A DNA stretch of 64,000 nucleotides from the human T2T-CHM13v2.0 reference genome, Homo sapiens, in the NCBI RefSeq assembly GCF_009914755.1, contig NC_060926.1; one strand, given 5' to 3'. The translations under genes and the position numbers were made by a program. Below are positions 54,024 through 64,000 of the stretch, one piece after another. Position 1 is the first letter of the stretch. Each line of letters opens with the position of its first letter. Below the pieces are notes generated by a model that worked only from the letters and a program-made list of their open reading frames with translations, made no database searches and was not told the DNA's origin.

Positions 54024-56014
54024 GTAAGCTTTCTGCTTATACATCATTTACAGTGAACTTCCCAGGCAGTAAAATATGCCTGATCATTTGACAAGTTCTT
54101 AAAACCATTCCATTGGGATTATCTACCAGGCCATTTTGAGCACTCATTTAGAAAACAGGTGTGGAGAAACTCATTTGTAATAAATTCCAATTATTGTAGA
54201 GTAGTCTATAGTCCAAATATTCTTGAACTCTGAAATGCTCGGCATCATTAAATTTACCTCTTTTAGCAGCTAAACATCAGTGGAGTTATCTGCTGAGTCA
54301 TTAAAATGAAGTATTCTTTTTTAAAGAGATGAGATGTTGATGTGTTTTCAAAGTTTCCTGTAATGAAAGCTGATTTTTAAACTTTGTGTCTAATTTATTT
54401 CTGCTGTTATATATGAGCTCCAGACCCCTCTATGGACTTTAGAGTTTGCTCAGTAACACACTTCAGAATTTACTACCAACTTGATAGCATTTTTAATTTA
54501 GTGAAGCAAAATGGTAATGTAATAGTGTGCCTAAAGAAAAAACAGTGTCATTATTTTGCGGGTGTTAAATTCCTCTAATGAAATCAATTCCAATTTATGC
54601 TCCTTTTGTTATAATATATAACTTTCTTTAAAGCAAGAATATTCAGCTGCCTATAATAATGACATTGCATGCTTCCACTCACAAACAGTGTCCTTACTAA
54701 TGGGATTGATGACTAAGATATAAAGCCAAGATTTGAGGGGTTGTGTGTAGGCTAACCATATTTGCTTTGAATACAGAAAACATTGACAAATAGGTCTTCT
54801 CTTTTTGCCTATGAAGAATTCAGATAAACCTTCTTTTCAACAACAAATGCAAATAACAGAAAACCAGGAACTGGGGAGAGAGCTGGTATTACTGAAAACC
54901 AAGGTAATGGCAGAACTGTGCTCATGTGTCCCACCATTCACTTTTTTTAGAGATGCTGCAGCTGTTTTTGATGGGTCATTAGTGTTTAATCTGAAAAGAA
55001 AATACAGTCTAATGTTTTCTGTGACTAAAAGCACCATAAACTGGATTGAACATGAATAAAAGTTGCACATTCCGTCATTTGCAATATGCTTGGGTACCAG
55101 GCATGGGGATATAATGATGGCCCTGGTGCCATTGGACTAAGCAAGTTATTGATCTTAAGGAAATTTCCACTTACGTAGCAATTATGTAATATCCAAATTA
55201 TGAGGCTAGGTAAATTATTTCTCTAAATTTGCCTAAAAGACAAAGCACAAGATGGAAAATTCTGGCTTTGTACCTGCTGGCACACTAAAAAATCTGGTTT
55301 AAAGTATTTTATTTCCCTTATAACATGTTGCCTATACAAGTTGGCAAACAGAAACAAGATTGTTTTCTGCAAAATTGTCAAAGAATGAAACCTGTGTTTT
55401 AATCACCTGGTTCTTACTTCAACAGTAGTGATGAACCCATGCCACGTGACCTGTGCTCAGTGACCTTAAACTTGCCTTCTTGTTGCTGAGGGTAGTTTCA
55501 AGTCGCAATACACAAACTTTTTCTCTCCCAGTTCTCATGTACTTATTTCAAGGAAGTTCTACTTAAAATTATTTTAGTAGATTTGAGCACTTTAAAGCAA
55601 GATGCATATGGAAGCTCTAAACTCTTCCTATACAATATTTTCGGAGAGAGGAGAAAATTCCAATGTCACTGCTTTGTTCTCAGCTCTTGTCACCTCATTC
55701 CGCCTTTTCTTTTTTCTAATGAGTATATGGTTGAGAAAGCACTTGGTGCTCCATTTTTCAGAAACATGTCAATCTAAGAGCCGTTGCAAAAGAGTCCCAC
55801 ATGCCCTAGAATGCCCTGGTCATGATGTTAGCTTGTTGAAATCAATCCCTTCAGTGGTTTACAATCAACCCACTGCAAATAGTTAAAGCTTAAATGCATA
55901 ATAGTTTTCCTCTGAATTTGCACATTATGTTTTATGTACCTATTTGATGTCGCTTGAAACATTCTTTAATGGCAACATAATAAAATAATTGCCAGTCATG
56001 AGTTAATCCTGTAG

Positions 56015-56795
56015 TAGCAAGTACCTGCTCTGTGAAGGAGATCTGATATCTGTGCTCTGTGCAAGGAGATCTGATATCTGATATACAGATCATCCCAAAC
56101 ACGTATTGGGCCACTTTGTCAAGGACCTTAAAATATAACAGAGAAGCAAGTCGTGAAATGAATAGGTACAAATTGTGCCGAATACTGTGAAAGAAGTATA
56201 TGACTACTGATTGAGATGAACATTCTGAAAGAAACTCCATGGGAACATGAATGGAATTTTAAAAGAAGACTTAATATCGATTTGAGAGTCAAGGACTGAC
56301 TCTGAGAAAAGGAATTTAAGACTTAGGCAATGGCAGCATTTAAGTAGACAGAGACAAGGTATAGTGTCTTAACCATAAGTCATAATCTCATTTTTAAAAA
56401 ATACACTGGCCACTATGTAGAAGATAAATTGATGTGGTTGGGTGTATTCAGAGGGAGAAGGGACGGAGGCAGAAATGTTAATGAGATACGCAATTAAGAA
56501 GATGCTGTAATATTTGAAGCAAGGGATTATGAAGGCTTGAATTTAGGTGTGGCAACAGAGAAACAGAATGGAGGTAACCTGAGTTATGATTTGAATGTAG
56601 AGTCATTGATATTTTATGATGCGTTGGGAATATGGAAATGTTGATTTCGAGTTCTGGCTTAAATAACTGCAGGTTTGCAGGTATTCTTTGCCAAAATATG
56701 GAATCACAGGCAGACATTTCATGTGGTAAGGAAAATCTAGGGTTAAGTTCTTAAGCTTGAGATGTTTATGAGATATTTGAGAGGAGAGGTAAAAA
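56015..56795 (-). mobile_element. L2 fragments
   Basis: ttttaaaaaatacactggccactatgtagaaga, gttctggcttaaataactg, tgagatgtttatgagata..tgagaggagagg resemble L2. Confidence 0.6.
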
Positions 56796-58349
56796 TGAAT
56801 ATGGGAAAGGATCCTTGACTAAGTCCTCTAAATAATGAATATGTATGATCTGTATGAACAGTCCTAATGTAGACCAAAAGACAAATGTAAATACATTCTT
56901 TCTTGTGGAAAAATGCCTTTAGCTATTTTCAAATGCAACTTCTCCACTCATTAATTTTTGTTACGATTATTGCTTGGTAATGTTGTGAATATTTTTAAAG
57001 AATTTTATAGCAAATGTAATTGCATGTTATACTTTCTATCTTCTCATTTTGGAGAATTACCTTTCTACTACACTTTTATAAATTATAGGTTAACAGAAAT
57101 GTAAAATCTGGAATCCAAGCAATCTCCCGTTATGATTTTGTGTCTATTGTTCTATTAATTGAATGTATTGGTACAAGGGGAAATTTATAGGTTAAATTGA
57201 ATTTAGTGCTTTTGAAGGCAATTTTATCTACTTACAAATTATTAAGAAATTTTCATAATAGTTTAAGTAACACTTTACTCACAGTATCTTGACATTAATT
57301 TCTGATCATTACTTTTGTTTGGAATTGTATGAACCTTCTTAATGTAGAATCTCTAATATCATCTACCTAGGCAAATTTTTTCAATTATTGCTTCAGGACT
57401 ATCCTATACTCTAGGACACTTGCAATTCCTATTTTAAATATCTGGCTCATTTTCCATGATATTTCTACCATTTCTTTTTAAAAGTATGTCCTTGCAGTCT
57501 CAAAATAGTTTCCAAGTAATCTTCTATATTGCTAACCAGGGTTTCTATCTTAAGATTTTTCAATTTTCTAAGTGAGGTCTTATTTTGACTACTACGTTTT
57601 TTATTTTGCTGATTCTTATTCATAATATTTTTAATAGCGCCTATTTTATATAGTTTTTTTTGAGAAATCTGCCCCTGTTTCATAAAGAAAATACTTTCAA
57701 AAGAGTTATTTCTGAGACCTGAAAGCTTGAAATGTCTTTTAATGTAATGAATATTGTTTCATCATTCTAAAATTATTATTTTTCTGCTCAATTTAGTCTT
57801 CTATTTCATTATCGTCAGGTGTGCATTTAGATGCTGACTTTGCATTCCTCATTCAGTTTTCTCTCTTTTTCAGAAAAAAATACTGTCAGTTTCTTAACCT
57901 GGGACCTATAACAAGGCTGCTCACAGAAAAGGAACTATCTCCAGTTTCACTGGGTGCCCTGGATTCATAGATGGACAAAGTAAGGAATGTAAATTGGGTT
58001 CTAGATTAAGTTCTGTTGGGGAGTTAGTTCCCTAAGTTATAGTCAGTTCACTAAATTTTAGTTAGTTCCTTAAGTTTTAGAGATCAGGAAAAACTAAAAA
58101 GAAAACTTTTGGTATTGAAGGCAGTTAAATGGGCTCTATTACATCTAAAGAACTAAGATAAAAGAGAAGGTGAAACACAGAACCCCACATGATAAAAGCA
58201 AAAGGAAAAATAAAACAGTATGTTGTGTTTGTAAGTTCGTGTTGTTTTCTGGTACTTGAAATACACTCATGCTTCAACTTCTCTGCATCTGCCTATTTCA
58301 ACTTTCTTTACTTTAATCTCCAGGAGGATTGGTCTAAGAACACATACAG

Positions 58350-58555
58350 ATGTGTGTTGAATTCCTGCTTCATCTTTTGTCCTATGACCTAAGGATAATT
58401 TTAAATATCTCTCAACCTCATTTTTCTTATATGCAATAGGAAAATAATAACTCTAATTTTCACCATAGACTTAAGGAGAGGTTTCAATGGAATATTTAAA
58501 TAAATGATTTAGCTTAGTAGGCTCAATAAATACTTTATTAATGTAATTATTATTA
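58350..58555 (+). mobile_element. MIR
   Basis: ttgaattcctgcttc...tgacctaagga...ctctcaacctcatttttcttatatgcaatagg...tagtaggctcaataaata. Confidence 0.7.
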
Positions 58556-60867
58556 ACTGTATAAACAATAATAGTGATACTACTTTAAAATCTATTCTAA
58601 AACATGGACCTTTTTAATGAATTTATTAAAATGCCAGATATTAAATTTAGGTTAAACTTGACTAAACACATTTTTATGGTTACAAAGAGTAGTATTAATT
58701 CATATGTTAATTTAAAATTCAAGTTACAAAATTATACATGTATATATAAATATAATAATTACAGAAATAAAAGTATTATTCATACAGTAATATAATGCTT
58801 ATATTAAATATTATATTATTAATACTTTCTATGTATAGAAAGAAAGACTAGAAGGAAATCCACCATGACATTAACAAGGGAATCACTATATTATGACAAT
58901 ATAAATAATTTGTTCTTGATCTATTTTTCAGTGCTTGAAAATTTTATTTTATAGTAATAATGAACATTTTTAATTGAGGCAAAAGTAAAAGAGAAGGTCC
59001 TGGAGAATTTGTTCACTTTTCTATATTTTTATATATTTCAGAAGCTCTTGATATGATAATGTATTCATGCAAAATAAACTGTTTTCAGAAATAAATCTAG
59101 TTAACTCTACTCAGATTTAGGCAGCCGTCAAGCAAGTTGAATGAAATATCCATTCTTAATTTCATAGAAGCTTTACATTTTGCTGAAAGTGACTTTTAGA
59201 AGTTTATTAGAACAAAAGTGACATAATGAGAAAAGTGCAGTGGCCATTTGGAGCCATCACAGTTTATACTCCAGGTTGAAAATATAGACTGCTTAAAAAT
59301 TAGTAGACAAGACAAGGACAAAAGGGTAAGGGAAGAGGAAGTGAAGGAATGTACTGCAGTTATTCAGAGCACTTGGCTAATTCAGACACTCTCTCTAGAA
59401 AACTGTTTAATTCTTTAAAACTTACTTACATAGAGACAATTCCATATAGTGTATCTTTAATCCCATTAATTTTGCACCATGCCCAGTATCCCAATATTGG
59501 TGAATATCTGAGTTTTGACATTATCAACACAGTTATCTACTACAGTGTCTGGAATTTTTATATTTCACAGGCATGATAGGGCAGACAGATAGAAATAATG
59601 GGGTATGTTTAGAGAACTTGAGCAAAAGTGTTTACATTATTCGTAACTCAAGTCTTTACTTTGGAGAGCCAACCTTCATTAACTACATTGATTGTTCTTC
59701 AAGAGTGTGTTCATGACTTTTTGCAGATATAGGAAAAGCCCAAAAACTTATTTTCCCAACATCAAATGCTATTTGATGATGATGTTTGCTTAATCCCGCT
59801 TCATACCTGCTAGGTAGAACACAAATTATTTGTTCTGTTCTATTCGATAATGATGTTTGCTTCATCCTGCTTCAAACCTGCTAGGTAGAACAAAAACTAA
59901 ATGCATATTGAGAGTAATGGTAACCTTGCAATTCTCCATCTGACAAGGGATGTCTCCACACTTGCCATCTAATAGAAGAAATAGAAGATTGACATTTCTG
60001 AGGCAACCAAGAATACTCATTTCTGTGCTTTTGTTTTATTTTAATTTCAGAAATCATGAAAAAATAAAATTAAAAGCTGGAAAAAAGTTTAAAGATAATT
60101 TGATGTACCACTCTCCTTTCACCTGTTTATAAATATGAGGTCTCAGGAGAAAATTATTTGCTAAGTCAGAGTCTAATAATTTGTTAGAGTTACTCGGGTC
60201 TTCCAGCTGCCTGCCAGTCAATGAGCATTCTATTCTTCATGAAACATAAGCAAAGTCTCTGAGGTGTGTGTGTAACAGAGAGAAAGATTTAGTATACATA
60301 TAGTACTTTTTTTCTTTCTAAAAATAGTGAGGTATTGTTATTGACACATAAAGTTCTATTCTGGTCAGTTTCAGGATAAAATAAGTTAAATATTAATGCT
60401 AAGAAACAAAAATCTAATATTGCTCCTGCTTGATTACATCTTTTTCTATAAATACAACCTAGAGTTATTTTCCATAATATTCAATTATGTCATTTACACA
60501 TTGTGAGTTTACTTGAAATATATTCAAAATATGTATTCATTAATATTTTGGCAAGCTAATTATTTGCAAGTCTAAAATTGGCAACCTATGTCAAATGGCT
60601 TACATATTCAAAAGATTGTAAACTCTGGAGAGGTCCTAAAAGGTCAAACTACTTCTGAAACTAGACAGACTATAATTTTCTTAGGGTGGCATAGCATATA
60701 ATGAGTATCTCTCAATTAAAACCCACACTGCCTGTTGTGCCTTTAGATTTTATTGCTTTCTGTATAACACTACCTTTCATACTCCTGGAGCATACAATTT
60801 AAGAAATAAGAGGGAGTCCCTCAAACATTCATGCAAGATGAAGGCTAGAAGTGAGATTAATAGATTC

Positions 60868-61345
60868 TTGCATTTATTCAATACACATTTTTTAATACTA
60901 CATTTCAGGCACAATTCTGAGCTCTGTGGACACACAGATAAAAATACAAGGTCCTGTCTTTGAAGAGATAACATGTTTATTAGATGAGACACACATGCAA
61001 ATAGGTTATTAAAGCAAAGCTGAATAAGTGTTCTAAAAAAGGTATAAGCAAAATTTTGTGAGACTACAGGGAAAGAAAAGTCCAACATAGTCATCACAGG
61101 AAAGGAAACTTTTAAGGTGAATCTTCTAAAGACTTTGCAGACATGATACAGGATTGTATTAAAGAGAGAAAGTGTAAGGCAATTTTAGGCAAAAATAGTG
61201 AATAGTCAAAGAGAACCTTGAAAGAGCATGACACATATGGGAAATAATTAGCAATTAGATGTACCTAGACCCACCTGGAATCATCATGCGTAATATTCAC
61301 ATAATTTGGGACCTATAGTCTAGAGCTTTGCATACCACATTGACG
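60868..61345 (-). mobile_element. L2 3' region
   Basis: catttattcaatacacattt...caggcacaattctgagctctgtggacaca...aaggtcctgtctttgaagag. Confidence 0.7.
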
Positions 61346-63946
61346 GATCTAGAATACCCAGCAAGGTTTGTTCACCTATGTTTGTTTACTCAGAACTCTT
61401 GGTTTAAATGTTGCCATGGTTTGCATTAGAATTACAAGGGCTATTCAGAAGACAGAGGGCTTAATCATGTCCACTACTTCTTGTTGATTTCTTCTCTTCT
61501 CCACAAAATGACTGCTTCATGTACTAGACCATAACTGCATACATCTATAAGACAGCTTTACTCACAAGATGAAGGGATATTCCTTAGTGTTGATATTTCA
61601 TTGACTTACTCAGGTATTCTGATTCAAAAAGAGGCTCTACTCAGAAGTTTGGTGCTTTGGTGGTTAGATACTGCCAGCCCACTCAGTGAATTCAATCTTA
61701 ATACCTTCCACTGTTAGACAAACCTTCTTCTTCCTTGGCCCCACTGAATTTCACCAACCTGTTGTCAGCTGTGATCCAGGTGCTAACAGTTCAAAATTTT
61801 CAAACAGACTAAAACTAAAACAACCAAACTTCTGTCTCTCACTGCATTCAGTTATCTGCTTAAGGACCTATGATAAGTCTAATGTAAGTTACAAATTTTA
61901 AAATGAATGATGAATAAATACGACAGTATCACAAATACAAAGTGATAAGAGCAGAAATCCTGATAAAAATTGCTATTTATGTATTGTGGTGCTATCGCTG
62001 TCTTTGGCTGAAGATACAAGAAACTTGAAGATACAGTGCTTCCTGGAAAACTTATGTGTACACTTCAATCATTCATTTATATACAAATCAAGCTTATTTG
62101 TGTAAGATCAGCATGAGGCCAAATCCTCTGGATATTTGAAATAATTGGTTCAGCAGAGTGTCTGCATGTAGAAGTAATCTTTTGCTTAGGTCTAGATATT
62201 TATAAACACTAAGTTTAAAAACTTGGGCATTTATGAAATTCCAACAGCAGGAAAGAATAATTCAGGCAGCAAGTGAATCCTACTCAGAGGCTTATTTTCA
62301 AAGCTTACGTTAATGTTTACAGTATATCTGAGGAAACCCTCAGAAGGAAGTTGTTTTATATGTGCAGCACCAGCCTCTGAAACCAATGTGTGGCAGAAAG
62401 ACTGTCACTTTTTCTAGGCTGTTAAAATACAAATGAAACGTTTTCAAAAACCAGTCAGACAGATGTTCCAGGTGCTAAGTTTTCATAATTTTACATGTTA
62501 CTGTTTCCTATTTCATCACTTCATTAATTCAACTCTACTAACAAAGACATTAATATTTCTATTTCTGCTCTCAACCAATCACTCTGAATACAATACACTC
62601 AAAGGATTTCACTTTCTAGTAATGCATTTTAAGACACGCTCTCTGAGTGTGTTTTGCATCTGAATGTGGTGACATGACAACCTTACCAAAAAGTTAAGAA
62701 TTCATATTAGGTAAGGGAAATTAGCTTTGAAATCTTATTCTTGTTTCCCTTGTTACTTCCCTTACTTCCCAGCTTTAATAACTAACCTTTTTTTCTTTTT
62801 CCTCCCATAGGCTTTCTCTTGTCAAGATCTTGTCTTTCAACTCTGTTGGATAGCATATTTATCTTAGTTTCAGCCTTGAATTCTCACTTGGACATATTCT
62901 ATTTCCCTACCAGAGTGTAACCCCAATATAAGGACTGACAGTCAAGCTCTACTACACCTCTTAGCCAGTTTCTCCAGATAATAACGAATACCATACACAT
63001 TCACAGGCCATGTTCTAAAGGATTCTCAGAAGGTACACCACTTTGAATTTATCTATTCTCCTTCTCTTATGCTAAATTTTGCTAGTAGAAATGTGTGACT
63101 TAGGTTATTAAACCTCTCAATGTGTCCTCAATTAAAATTCAAAAGTTTCTATGAAGAAAAGCTTGGATTGAACACTTTAATAGATTTTTAAAATAAGATT
63201 TCAAAGAAAATATTTTGCTCTAAATGGTACACAGGATGGGTGTCCAGAGATCATGCAGTCTGAGTAATAGAAAGGTCCAGAAGAAGGATGGGGACATGTC
63301 CAAAGCTACTCTAGCTGTTTCACACGCTTACCAAATCTGACATATTGATGTGAAAAAATTAAGTATGTGTTATTAGAAAAGTAACTTTAGTGTTTCCAGA
63401 GAATATTATTAATGAAATGTACAAAAATTTTGTTAGCAAATCCATAGCAAAATATGTCAAACATTGTTGCCTCCATTTTAGACATGTTCATGATTAAATT
63501 AGGACTGATTTTTAGGACCAAAAACTGAAAGAGAGAGAAAAAGTAAGAAAGAAGAAATTACAATTTACATGGTAATTCAAAATGTCTGAACATAGCATAC
63601 TAAAGATTCTTGAGTAACTCACTCTATTTGATCTTCTTATTTCCAGGTCACTTGATACTTTTTCTAAGGATGTTCTTACAAGTCAAGAAAATAAAAATGT
63701 TAAACAGTTAGGGCTGAAAAGTCTACCATTTACAAATAATACTTCCTCTTTACTAACAATTATTTTCAGATATTAAATTTGTCTACAAGAAATTTACAAA
63801 CATAGATATATGCACAGATATAAAGGCAGAAGAAAAATTCTGAACAATTACCAGCAAAAAAAATTCACGTGGCTGATCCAGGCAGGGGAGGCTTGAAATC
63901 AAAGGTTGGTTTGTGGTAATCTCTGCTCATTAAAGCTCAAGGTCTA

Positions 63947-64000
63947 GGCCGGGTGCAGTGGCTCATGCCTGTAATCCCAGCACTTTGGGAGGCTGAGGCT
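63947..64000 (+). mobile_element. Alu 5' end, cut by the window edge
   Basis: ggccgggtgcagtggctcatgcctgtaatcccagcactttgggaggctgagg. Confidence 0.95.

Noticed and set aside
54805-55059. 84-aa ORF with possible splice sites (AAG|GTAATG at 54903)
   Set aside because: No recognisable domain, TTG start, no partner exons; compatible with chance.

Overview
AT-rich primate (human-like) nuclear DNA, apparently intergenic or deep intronic. I can support no intact protein-coding gene: the ORF track consists of decayed L1, ERV env and mitochondrial fragments, Alu antisense frames and chance ORFs. Main contents: (1) two near-full-length decayed LINE-1s (L1PB-type ~998-6966 nested in an older L1M; L1PA13-16-type ~32651-38710) plus L1, L2, MIR, CR1, Alu, MaLR/ERV1 LTR and MER2 pieces; (2) a 5'-truncated class I ERV (env remnant plus 3' LTR, 8513-10699); (3) a ~6 kb ancient NUMT (~45180-51217) running ND4-ND5-ND6-CYTB-whole control region-tRNA-Phe-start of 12S, with features unlike modern human mtDNA; (4) a truncated U2 snRNA copy. 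The most notable observations are the fossil control region with an 18-bp tandem repeat and an AGA-ended CYTB, a GC-rich non-L1 segment inside the L1PB target-site duplication (candidate 5' transduction), and several locally templated repair junctions. I found no self-contained novel biological system. Repeat subfamily names come from recalled consensus motifs and need RepeatMasker/Dfam confirmation.
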